Shown in pieces: positions 9,168-18,843 of a DNA stretch of 64,000 nucleotides. The DNA is taken from contig CBDASZ010000002.1 in the NCBI GenBank assembly GCA_965199755.1, positions 256,001 to 320,000 of the forward strand, given 5' to 3'. The DNA is from an uncultured candidatus Porisulfidus sp. (GTDB lineage: Bacteria > Pseudomonadota > Gammaproteobacteria > Poriferisulfidales > Poriferisulfidaceae). The notes beneath the pieces were generated by a model. It searched no databases. It was not told the DNA's origin and saw nothing but the letters and a program-made list of their open reading frames with translations. Positions within the stretch are counted from its first letter, which is position 1. The number at the start of each line of letters is the position of its first letter. Both the position numbers and the translations under genes were made by a program.

Positions 9168-9854
9168 TTATTGGGAGCCTGAACCGGCAGCCTCATCATC
9201 ATCCGGCTCCAGCCACGACACCATAAGCCCGGCGATGGCACCAATGACCCCAAGTGAGAGAATCTGCAGCCACAGTGTGATGAACCGACCAGTGGTCGTA
9301 ACCGGATAGTGCTCACCAAAGACCGCAGGCTCCGCTCCGAATATCGTGGACACACACCACCACATGGCGTCTTCCGCCGAATGAATGTTGGAGCCTTCCG
9401 CACCATATTCGACGCTCAACAAGAGGAAGGCAGAGAAGATCAGTGAAAGCGCAGTAACCGAGAAAACACTGGCAATAAGCGAAGCACGATAGTTGAGCCG
9501 GGTCGTCAGGACGTTTGTGAGGCGCATGATAGCCCGCAGCGCTCTGAACATCAGGAAGAACCGCAACACGCGTAGGGCTCGCAACTCTTCGATGTACGGC
9601 ACGGAAGCCAGAATGTCGATCCATCCCCGTGTAAACCAAGCACGCTTGTTTTCCGCCTGATAGATGTCCCAGATGACCTTGGAGATGAAGACAGCGCAGA
9701 TCAAGTAGTCGCTAATAACCCACAGGCGAAGATACTCTCCATCCAGATCTCCCGTGACGCGCAAACCCAGACCGACGACAGACACCAGCGCAAAAATCAT
9801 CAAGGTCGTCTCGATGATCAGTTCCGCAATGGATACCGGGCGATTGGGTTGCAT
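9168..9854 (-). CDS. 6-TM voltage-gated-type cation channel (ion transporter family) with non-canonical selectivity filter
   Basis: S3 WIDILASVP, S4 LRALRVLRFFLMFRALR, pore helix SAEDAMWWCVST, YPVTTTGR before S6. TVGYGD is absent. Confidence 0.85.
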   Translation of the reverse strand: MQPNRPVSIAELIIETTLMIFALVSVVGLGLRVTGDLDGEYLRLWVISDYLICAVFISKVIWDIYQAENKRAWFTRGWIDILASVPYIEELRALRVLRFFLMFRALRAIMRLTNVLTTRLNYRASLIASVFSVTALSLIFSAFLLLSVEYGAEGSNIHSAEDAMWWCVSTIFGAEPAVFGEHYPVTTTGRFITLWLQILSLGVIGAIAGLMVSWLEPDDDEAAGSGSQ

Positions 9855-10125
9855 GAGCGAGTTATTTCAGGGATGGTCCAGATAATTATATTAATCCTGA
9901 AATATTGTGCTTAAGATTCTGTCGGTTTGAATTCAAATTTGAGGTCTGGGAATGCCTTCTTCAAAGACTCTGCCGCTTCTAACGTTCCTGTACCCCACTG
10001 GTTACTAAACACATATGTCTTTTCGCCAATCAGAAAAACCTCTCCGTCGTTACAAAAATATGGGACTTACCAGCCTAATTAGCCAAGAAGGGCTTGATAT
10101 CCAGCGCGGGAATGGCTAAATTTAA

Positions 10126-11068
10126 TCAAGAACGGACAGGGGAATACATTTCAGGGTCGGTAGGTCCATAAATTCCTACGACAGAAGTTTGCACTGCTGC
10201 AGCCACGTGCAACAAACCCGAATCATTGGCTGCCCTACATCAGGCTATGGCAATGATGTCAACCACTTCTTCAAGAGAAGTTTTGCCACATAAATTAGCG
10301 ACTTCGCAACCATATTTCTGCGCTATCTTTTCACCCAGCCCCCCCCCCCCATTAAGACGATTTGATAGCCGTCAGCAATCAACATTCCTGCTAATTTATT
10401 GAAAGACTCCAAGAGCCACTTCTTCGCACTCCACCTTGACGCACCCGGTGCCAAAACAATTAGTTCTCGACCCATATCCAACTTAAACTTTTGCATTGTC
10501 TGGTCCATTCGTTCCGGGTAAACTACGAGATGTGGATTCGGGACAGGATTCGAATGCGGCATATCCGGTGGCAGTAGTCGAACAATTTTCTCTTGAAAAC
10601 TTCGTGATCGACGCACCCTTAAATCATTCACCAGCCAAGGCCGTACTTGCTGAACCCTGTGCGGCGAGCAATGCCGGCGAGAACAAGCAACATGCCGGCA
10701 TTTGTTGAGCGTGGAGTCAAAATGGATGCAGGATAGTTTTCACTACGAATTTGCTTTATTGTTCTGAACCATAAGCGAGACGGGAATCTGCCCTTGGTAG
10801 TGTTGATCTCAAAGTGATTGCGAACTTTTGGCATTCGCTTAATGAACCCTCGAAAATGTGATGGTGCCACGACGTCGATAATCATCGACAGGGCATGTTC
10901 TTTCAGTAAGCGAAGCAACGTCTGGTTCATCACCAGATCACCAACGGACGTATCCAATACCACCAACAAGTGGGAGTACGCAGTATCTTCAGAGGTCGCA
11001 ATATCGGTGGGTGATTCACTCATGGCAGGATGTTCTAAATTGACGAGATGTTCCTGAAACTGTGTCAT
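10126..11068 (-). pseudogene. GT9 LPS heptosyltransferase (WaaF-like) pseudogene
   Basis: VGDLVM, LAPGASRWSAKKW, NLCGKTSLEE and NDSGLLHVAAAV..GIYGPT motifs are split over three frames. Frameshift near 10635, G12 tract at 10339-10350, in-frame TGA at 10240-10242. Confidence 0.85.
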
Positions 11069-12660
11069 TATTTGATGTTTTCTCTGAGCTCCCAGTACAC
11101 ATCTATGTGCTGCCGTGCAATCAGTGCAGGATCGTATTGTTTTGCCCGTTCAATTCCTGCCTGGGCAAACTTTTGGCGCAATTCTGAAGATTGATACAGG
11201 CGAGTTATTTGCTGTGCTAGCGCATCCGCGTCATTAGGAGAAACCAGCACCCCACACTCATCAGTAACGACTTCCGGGATCCCCCCGACTCGACTGGCCA
11301 CAATGGGGATACCTGAGTGCATCACGTCCAATAGTATAGAGCCTAAAGACTCGATCAGTGAGGGAAATACGAATAAATCAAAAGTATCCACCCACGCCCA
11401 AGGCTCTTCTATCCACCCGGCAAAATGAATATTGCTCAGTCCCTTCGCTTGCTGGCGCAACTCTTCTTCCAAACGACCAGCACCCAGTAACAGAAACTTC
11501 ACATCTGGAAAATCCGCTGCTAACAATTGTGCAGCCCGGATCAGCACCGAATGTCCCTTCTCTGGTCCATCCATTGCAGCCACATGTCCGATCAAAAATT
11601 TGCCTGAAAACTTCTCGCGGATTTTGGCAGTACTTTCCGGGTCTGCGTCTCTGGGATTCCAGGCATCGGGGATGCTATAGGTAGAAATATACGGAAACCT
11701 CTGACGCACACCTTGCTCAACCGCATCTGTGAGTGTAATCACAGTTTCTGCATTTCGATAGATGGCAGAACTATACAGATTGTTGTTGATGGGTTTTGTC
11801 AGCCTCCGTGTGATCAAATACTTGCTACGCCAAATGAGCGACGCGGCATACGCCACTTGTGTGGCATGCGCCTCATGCGCGTGCAGTAAAGAAGACCCAC
11901 GACACGCAAACAACGCGGCGAGCCGACTTCGCGCCAAGTGGAGTTCAATGGTCTCGGTATTTTTAAGGCGCGATGCCAGCGGCCCATGCTTCAATACCAC
12001 AACCCGTTGTTCGGCGACTCCCTCTTTTTCGAGGGCCTGAATCAGAATTTCGGTTTGACGCTCCCCTCCTCTCAGCTTGGAGTCTCGCGCAAGATTGAGG
12101 TGGCATACCGAGGCAGCCTGCAAGCGCGATTTGCGGAATATCTTAAGCCTGTATTCGGGAAGTTGCGTTGCTTTTCTGCGTAGCAACCAAAGGGGTCCGA
12201 CCAGTGTGCGATAGCCCCGTGACGCAACCCATGTGGTCCTCCCTATGCCCCAAAACCAACACCATATCAGTCGAGTACTCCACGATAGCGGATCAACCAG
12301 TTGTGTTTCGATTTTGATTTCTACGATTGCCTTGCCGTTTAACTGAAGTTCATCTCTCAAACGGCACGCCGCGATCACTTCCACAAAGTGCAGTGCATGA
12401 CTGTTGCGTCGTGAAATAAGGCAGTGAATCCCGTTAATTTCAGCGTGCCAATAGTAAATGCGCCCTTCTTGAGGAATAGCCGTGTACTCTGGTTTGAACC
12501 GCACTGGCCGATCCAGAGCAACATTCAGTGAACCCGGATACGGAAGTGCCCCAAGCGCATCAGAAATCGGACTCGGTTCTATGTTCCACCGCGACGCAGT
12601 GCCATAACCGCTGACAACGCGGCCCCTTAGCACTGTCTGGTCGGACGCGGATTCCGGCAT
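11068..12660 (-). CDS. GT4 glycosyltransferase with N-terminal CTP-dependent riboflavin kinase-like (DUF120) domain
   Basis: C-terminal part: RGGERQT, EKGHSVLI, FVFPSLIESLGSILLD, ASRVGGIPE. N-terminal part: LRGRVVSGYG, LGALPYPGSLNV, VEVIAACRLRDEL. Confidence 0.85.
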   Translation of the reverse strand: MPESASDQTVLRGRVVSGYGTASRWNIEPSPISDALGALPYPGSLNVALDRPVRFKPEYTAIPQEGRIYYWHAEINGIHCLISRRNSHALHFVEVIAACRLRDELQLNGKAIVEIKIETQLVDPLSWSTRLIWCWFWGIGRTTWVASRGYRTLVGPLWLLRRKATQLPEYRLKIFRKSRLQAASVCHLNLARDSKLRGGERQTEILIQALEKEGVAEQRVVVLKHGPLASRLKNTETIELHLARSRLAALFACRGSSLLHAHEAHATQVAYAASLIWRSKYLITRRLTKPINNNLYSSAIYRNAETVITLTDAVEQGVRQRFPYISTYSIPDAWNPRDADPESTAKIREKFSGKFLIGHVAAMDGPEKGHSVLIRAAQLLAADFPDVKFLLLGAGRLEEELRQQAKGLSNIHFAGWIEEPWAWVDTFDLFVFPSLIESLGSILLDVMHSGIPIVASRVGGIPEVVTDECGVLVSPNDADALAQQITRLYQSSELRQKFAQAGIERAKQYDPALIARQHIDVYWELRENIK

Positions 12661-12793
12661 TCGGATCTAAAAGATAAAAATTAGATCAGCAATTATGCTG
12701 GTTTTCATCACCACATATGCACATTTCTCATAAAAGTGCTCTGCTTTTCCCGCATAATATGAATTCTGAGTGCTGATGAAAATCCCGGTTTTC

Positions 12794-13276
12794 ATGGCCT
12801 CACTCCCATCCTCAAGCCTTCCAATATCTGCAGTAATTCTGTTTAAGAACTCACTCGACACCTTGCCGAAAACACTGGACAGCCTGCAAGGGCTGGATGA
12901 GGTATTGATCTTTGATAACGGCCCGACACCGGAATTAAATCAGGCGTGCGCACCTTACTCTAACCTGCGGATCGTTACTGGAGAATTTGTCGGATTCGGC
13001 CCGATACGGAATCAAGCTGCGAAACTGGCACGAATCTGTACGATCTGTGAAACAAGAGCTAGAAAAAATCAATCGCTACACCGAACTTGCCACAAAGGAC
13101 TCGCGCAGACCTTCTTCCCTTTGGGGTGCTAGGTGCGAGCGACTTGGCAATTTTTCAACGCCTACGTGCTGGAGTTGGGAATGCTGGATGGCTGGCGCGG
13201 ATTACTATGCGCAGTGAACACAGCAAATACCGGTTTTTACAAGCACATTAAACGCGTGGCCGCTCGCGACGGCTAA
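12794..13276 (+). pseudogene. GT2 glycosyltransferase (WaaE/KdtX/LgtF-like) remnant
   Basis: ISAVILFKN..LDSL..LDEVLIFDNG..FVGFGPIRNQAA, then a jump to EKINRYTEL and to AYVLELGMLDGWRGL in other frames. The middle DxD region is missing. Confidence 0.75.
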
Positions 13277-13579
13277 ACTCATGGCTAGGCTCGCTCACCT
13301 GAATCATCGCTCATTTCCACGAACTAAAACGTCGGGACTCCTTGATGCGCCACCTTGTCTGCACAACAGTACTGATCGCCGCGATGGGTTTAGAGCATAA
13401 ATGAGTTTAGTTTTTTAGAATACGCGCCACCAACAAGAAAACAACGAAGCACGTTCATACCCATCCTTTCCCTAGAAGACAAACAGGCTTTGTTCGCCCA
13501 GCGCAGGTACAGGAGCCCTTTCAGCCTTCCAGTACGCTCTACCCGGGCCAGTTGCCTAGCTATATGGCGGCTGCTACAC

Positions 13580-14293
13580 TCGCATATTGAAGCATCTTCT
13601 CAACCTCTGCGTATATTGGATATAGGGTGTGGCTCCGGGGCTATGCTCCAGCATACTGCCTAGCATTGCCGCACAAAAAACTGGCCTGTCGAAGGAAATC
13701 TCCTTGGTTTGGATATTGATGAAGAAGCCTTTCAGGCAGAAGTCCCGTTCAAAAAAGCCGACCTAAACCTGCCACTAACCCAACAAGTGGAATCCTTCGA
13801 CATTATCATCGCCATGGAAGTACTGAAGCACTTGCGAACTCCATATCTGATGCTGGAAGATATTTACCAGACCCTGAATCCAGGTGGACATTTTCTGTTT
13901 TCAGTGCCGAATATTCACAACCTGCTTAGCCGGATCAAATTCTTGACCAAAGGCACAACCTACAAATACCACCTACCCAGTGCCGACTCATCAGATGCCC
14001 ATAGCACACACGGACATATCAGCCCGTTTTCAATCCAGTATTGGGATTATGGATTGCGCTATGCAGGGTTTTCGGATATTCACTATTCCACCGACCGATT
14101 CATCCGAGAAGCTTTAATTTGGGCTGCCCTCTTGTCGCCACTTCTATAGCTAGGAACCTGGTCGCTGCACCGTAGAGAGTAGCAGAGAAATCAGCGGATC
14201 TATGAACAAAACCACAGGGCAGCTCATGAAATCAATACGTTGCGGAATCTCGCTGGCAGTAACCTCATCGGAAAATGCGCCAAGCCCTTATAA
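13580..14293 (+). pseudogene. Class I SAM-dependent methyltransferase pseudogene
   Basis: LRILDIGCGSG near 13607-13640 is out of frame with ORF 13709-14149 (FDIIIAMEVLKHL, LNPGGHFLFSVPN). That frame continues through TAGs at 14147 and 14180 to TAA 14293. Confidence 0.75.
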
Positions 14294-14378
14294 CTGACTC
14301 TAATCACACGGCTACCTTTTCAGAAAGTTGTATGATCTCGCTCTCATTTCGCAATGCAAAGATTGAATCTGTAAGATT

Positions 14379-14947
14379 ATGAAAGCCCAGCAAATTGAAT
14401 TCCTAAAACTGCTCGAAGGCAGGGTTCAGGACATCATCCCGTACTGGCAACGCCGCTACTGTTGGGGGAAAGCCGACACCGAACGACTGATCGAAGATCT
14501 GATGGCAATCGCAGACGCAGATACAAATTCCAATCATTATGCGGGTAATCTTCTAACCTTCCCCAAACCAAAAACAGCCTGCACTAGTAAATCCAAAACT
14601 TTTCGTGTGGTCGATGGTCAGTAGCGACTGACAACCGTAAGCCTCTTACTCGCATGTATCGCCGAAAAACTAGAACACGAAGTAGGCAAAATTCCCTTAA
14701 ACTACATATCCGAAACCATAAGCAATCAGCTACTAACATCAGGAGGATGTGCCAGTTATCGCAGATCATACGATGTGAAATGGCAGACCAAAGTATTTCA
14801 GGGGATGTGGTGCAGGAAAGCAGGCAACGTAAAACCGTGCACGTTGAGCGCTCTTGGGAACGAGAAAACGACGATGAGTGGGAAGAGGCTTATGAGTGGA
14901 TTTATGAACAATACAAAAGACTAATCCTTTATATTAGAAAACGCTGA
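14379..14947 (+). pseudogene. DUF262 (GmrSD-type IV restriction) gene remnant with a DUF4268-like C-terminal fragment
   Basis: IPYWQRRYCW and VVDGQ*RLTTVSLLL, where TAG 14622-14624 replaces the second Q of DGQQRLT. It then joins, out of frame, to a short WERENDDEWEEAYEWI tail. Confidence 0.8.
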
Positions 14948-14980
14948 TTTTGAAGATGAGAAACATTGAGGTAGCTCCTA

Positions 14981-16783
14981 ATGAACACCAAAAATAGAAA
15001 CGAATTGATCGAAGATTTCCCTTGGATAGAACTTTACGAAAAAATTGCCGATCAATTACTACAATATCGCCATAACAGGAAACCACTTGTTGAACGCCTC
15101 CACGATATTGCTGCACGTGTTGAGCCTTTCATGAGCATGACAGATAAGGATGCGGAAGGCTCTTTGCCCTTAAGAGATATTGATCCTTTCACAACAATAG
15201 CCTCATTCAATCGCCGTACCAAATCCGAGAACAGAATACAGGTAGCCATCGAACTTGCTGAATTTCTTGGCGTCGACATGGATAAGCAACGTATTGAAGA
15301 AGCTATTTACGTACTGGGCGATCGTAGAAGTGTCCCAGAAGTGTATCCCGGAGCAACTTGGTTCTTTGCATTCGCTAAAAATCGCGAAGCAAATGATATT
15401 GATACTCTTTGGAATTTTTTTGAAAGAGCACTTGAGTTTGCGGATTCTGCCACAGATGAAAGCAGGAAAGCTTTTACAGAAACCTATGACGAGGCTTTGA
15501 AATGCAAGCAGATCGGAGACACTAAGTTGAGCATGGGGCTGTACTGGATTCGTCCAAGGTCTTTCCAAAATCTGGACAACTGTACCTGCCCATACATAGA
15601 AAATGTACTCGACATACCAATACAAAGTAGCGGCCCAAAAGGACGTAACGCAGATGATTATCTGGCACTACTCAGCGAACTCGAAACCAGATTTAAAGAA
15701 GACGCTTTCCCAGTACACTCATTTCCTGAATTAAGTTGGACTGCTTGGTGGCGGAATGAAACCGTACCCAAACCAATACCTGGCAATGACACCATATTCC
15801 CACCATATCCCCTCAATACGATTCTCTATGGTCCGCCTGGGACGGGGAAAACATACGCCACTGTCCGGCGTTGTGTCGAAATTTGCGAAGGTAAAGAAGT
15901 CCCAGATTCAGACAACAGTAATGACATTCGTGCCCGCTATGACGAACTGGTAGAGAAAGGGCGCATTGAATTCATCACTTTCCACCAATCATACGGCTAT
16001 GAAGAGTTCGTAGAAGGACTGCGGCCTGAAACTAGTGGAACAGACACTGGCTTTCGTCTTGAATACAAGGATGGCGTACTCAAGGAAATTGCTAAACGCT
16101 CAAGGAATAAAAACGAGCCTTATGTTCTCGTCATTGACGAAATCAACCGAGCCAATGTCTCAAAAGTGCTCGGTGAACTTGTCACGCTGCTGGAAGAAGA
16201 CAAACGCCAAAGAGCAGAAAATGAGATCTCCGCGACCCTGCCTCATTCTGGTGAGAAATTTTCTCTCCCAGCTAACCTTTTCATCCTTGGCACTATGAAC
16301 ACGGCTGACCGATCTATCGCACTGCTGGACACAGCACTGCGCCGCCGGTTCCATTTTGAGGAACTGCCCCCTAACCCTCAAATGCTAGAGAATGCTAAGG
16401 CTGCGACGGGAATTGACCTGCCCCGAGTGCTGCGCTCCATCAATGAACGTATTGAGTGGCTCTACGACAGAGACCATCTAATCGGTCATGCTTGGCTAAT
16501 GAATGCCAAAACACGAGAAGGTATAGACGAGATTATGCGATGCAAAATCATTCCCCTCCTGGCTGAATATTTCTATGAAGACTGGCAGAAAGTTCAGGCC
16601 ATTCTCGGAGGCACTGATGACTTCGTGCGGAAAGAAAAACTCAACCCACCGCCAGGCCTCGAAAACGAAGGTGACAAACGCTACCGGTGGACAATCAGAG
16701 AACGCTTTGGAGACGATGCCTACACCCGATTAATCAAAGGTAACCCAGATCAGAAACCCACGAAGGATGATGTCGCAGACTAA
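14981..16783 (+). CDS. mcrB: McrB family AAA+ GTPase (type IV restriction)
   Basis: GPPGTGKT, FHQSYGYEEFVEG, DEINRAN, GTMNTAD, ALRRRF, IGH motifs. Followed by McrC. Confidence 0.93.
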   Translation: MNTKNRNELIEDFPWIELYEKIADQLLQYRHNRKPLVERLHDIAARVEPFMSMTDKDAEGSLPLRDIDPFTTIASFNRRTKSENRIQVAIELAEFLGVDMDKQRIEEAIYVLGDRRSVPEVYPGATWFFAFAKNREANDIDTLWNFFERALEFADSATDESRKAFTETYDEALKCKQIGDTKLSMGLYWIRPRSFQNLDNCTCPYIENVLDIPIQSSGPKGRNADDYLALLSELETRFKEDAFPVHSFPELSWTAWWRNETVPKPIPGNDTIFPPYPLNTILYGPPGTGKTYATVRRCVEICEGKEVPDSDNSNDIRARYDELVEKGRIEFITFHQSYGYEEFVEGLRPETSGTDTGFRLEYKDGVLKEIAKRSRNKNEPYVLVIDEINRANVSKVLGELVTLLEEDKRQRAENEISATLPHSGEKFSLPANLFILGTMNTADRSIALLDTALRRRFHFEELPPNPQMLENAKAATGIDLPRVLRSINERIEWLYDRDHLIGHAWLMNAKTREGIDEIMRCKIIPLLAEYFYEDWQKVQAILGGTDDFVRKEKLNPPPGLENEGDKRYRWTIRERFGDDAYTRLIKGNPDQKPTKDDVAD

Positions 16784-18047
16784 TCACTTCACTTGCCATG
16801 AGTGGGAGGAATTGCACATCAAGGAAAATAACTTGTCAGAAAAGCAGGTTGAACAACTCCATACTTACGCCGAGCGTGCCAAGCAGCATCTGAAAAAAGC
16901 CACTGTCTTAACTCGCACGCCAGGTGGTCTGAAAGCCGACCAAGTAGTTGGTATTTTACAGACTCCGAGTGCCACTTTAGAAATTCTCCCCAAGATAGAC
17001 GGCGAAGATGATACTGTGCGAAAAGCCCTCGTTCACATGCTTGCTGAAACTTGGGATCTGGGCGTGACACATGGCGAACTCGCTTCCTTAAGTGCCCAGT
17101 CCGATAACCTGCTGGAGTATTTCATTCGGCTATTTTCAGAACGGCTTCTCGCCGCTATTCGCCGAGGACTACCCCGACGCTATCTCGTCCACAATGACGA
17201 TCTCCCTGTGTTGCGAGGAAAACTGAACGTCGTGCGTCAGTTGACGCACCTATCCGTTCGACCAGACCGCCTTGCTTGCCGCTTTGATGAACTGTCAGAA
17301 AATACTCCCTTGAATCGCGTCCTGAAAGCAGCCGTCATACGACTCTCACGCATCACTCGATCAGCAGTCAATGCACAGAAGCTGGCCGAACTTTCTTCCC
17401 GCTTTGAGGCCGTAGGCGATACCCAGACACCACTTCGCGAGCCTGTGCGGATAGACCGTACCAACACGGCTTTTCATGTTTTATACCGACTAGCGCGATT
17501 TTTCCTGTCGGGAGACTGGCAGAGCACCTCAGGCGGAAAGGCTGTAACGGGATTTTCCCTGCTATTCCGAATGAACGACTTGTTCGAAGAGTACACCGGG
17601 AGAATCCTGAAACGCATACTGATTGATTACACCGTGAATCTCCAGCACCGAGGAGAACACGCACTGATCAGCGAATATGGTACTCGCATATTTGCCTTGC
17701 GCCCTGACATTGTGATTCAAGATAATGGCGGCCCCATCATTCTTGACACGAAATGGAAGCACCTTAAACCTGAAAAATCGAGACTGGACGTTTCTCAGTC
17801 CGATGTCTACCAGATGCTTGCATACGCCCATGCCTACAAAGCACAGCGTCTCACGCTTATCTACCCGTGGCACGCGAAAATAAACAAGCCTCCCGGGTTG
17901 TGCCAAAGTTGGAGAGTTCCAAAAACCGACTGCCCCTTCGACATAGTGACAGTCAATGTCGGTGGTCCAGATTCCGTATCAGGCACCCTGCGAGATTACA
18001 CTGACCAATTTCTCAACGATACTAACCCTATGAAAGACGCTGCCTAG
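16770..18047 (+). CDS. mcrC: McrC family PD-(D/E)xK nuclease subunit
   Basis: LEILPKI, GL.RRY, LRGKL, FRMNDLFEEY, LRPDIV..ILDTKWK, DVYQMLAY motifs. Overlaps the end of mcrB. Confidence 0.93.
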   Translation: MSQTNHFTCHEWEELHIKENNLSEKQVEQLHTYAERAKQHLKKATVLTRTPGGLKADQVVGILQTPSATLEILPKIDGEDDTVRKALVHMLAETWDLGVTHGELASLSAQSDNLLEYFIRLFSERLLAAIRRGLPRRYLVHNDDLPVLRGKLNVVRQLTHLSVRPDRLACRFDELSENTPLNRVLKAAVIRLSRITRSAVNAQKLAELSSRFEAVGDTQTPLREPVRIDRTNTAFHVLYRLARFFLSGDWQSTSGGKAVTGFSLLFRMNDLFEEYTGRILKRILIDYTVNLQHRGEHALISEYGTRIFALRPDIVIQDNGGPIILDTKWKHLKPEKSRLDVSQSDVYQMLAYAHAYKAQRLTLIYPWHAKINKPPGLCQSWRVPKTDCPFDIVTVNVGGPDSVSGTLRDYTDQFLNDTNPMKDAA

Positions 18048-18099
18048 CTTCTCTCATTTTCACAAAACCTCCACTACCAACGAATACGAAAACCCCGCT

Positions 18100-18717
18100 C
18101 TAGTGCGGTGGCCCCAACACTCGGTCCAGCCCCACTTCCAGTCGCTCCAGATCATCACGCAGGTTATCCACTTCGTGCATGAAGGCGTCGACCTCCTCCT
18201 GGTGCGGCGTCACGTCTGATTCTTCGCGCAAGTAATCTCGTACATTGTCGGCCACAGCATCCCCAAAGGTCTGCGCCGCCAGAATCACATCTTCCAGCGT
18301 TCGCCCAATCACCCGTGCGGAAGTGTCGCCTAAGACATGCGACAGACGCTCCTCCAGATCCAGATCCAGTTTTGAAAAGAAGTTGCTCAAGTCCTGCGCA
18401 ATATCCACCTCACCCTGAAATTGAATGTCTTCACGCTGCTCGGCCATCGCATAGCGCACGAAGGCGGCCACATGTCCAGTTATGGCGAGGTCATAGTCAT
18501 TCGGCTCTATACCAAAGTTCAACTCTCCCTTGCGAATATACAGCCCGAATGCGGGGAATGGCTCCAGTTCCATTCTGACGGTCTGCTCTCCCATAGCGCG
18601 CAAGCGCAACTGAGCCTGAGGGTCGACCTGCAGAACCTCATTCAGCCCGGAATTCAGAAGAGCAAAAAAAGTAGGAGGCAACACGGCTATATCACGCGGT
18701 GAAAGAATGGGATGCAA
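18100..18717 (-). CDS. ubiJ: Ubiquinone biosynthesis accessory factor UbiJ (SCP2 domain)
   Basis: SCP2-like N-terminus, LDLEERLSHVLGD, DYLREE, EVDNLRDDLERLE motifs. Confidence 0.88.
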   Translation of the reverse strand: MHPILSPRDIAVLPPTFFALLNSGLNEVLQVDPQAQLRLRAMGEQTVRMELEPFPAFGLYIRKGELNFGIEPNDYDLAITGHVAAFVRYAMAEQREDIQFQGEVDIAQDLSNFFSKLDLDLEERLSHVLGDTSARVIGRTLEDVILAAQTFGDAVADNVRDYLREESDVTPHQEEVDAFMHEVDNLRDDLERLEVGLDRVLGPPH

Positions 18718-18843
18718 ATTATACAGGCAACCCTCAAATTCCCTGCTTGCCCATCTTGCTTTAATATGTAATATAATCTGAAACGAAGCGGGGATAACTC
18801 TTAACTTTTATATATATAAGAATATATTATCAGAAGCCGAGGT

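Noticed and set aside
12667-12861. 64-aa minus-strand ORF with a GNAT-like AEHFYEKC segment
   Set aside because: It overlaps the GT2 remnant on the other strand and the similarity covers only a few residues, which is too weak to call.
14147-14624. Three in-frame TAG codons in island genes suggesting amber recoding (TAG = Gln)
   Set aside because: The same genes also carry frameshifts and deletions, and TAG is a normal stop elsewhere (thpR, mcrC, lptB). Ordinary decay explains them.
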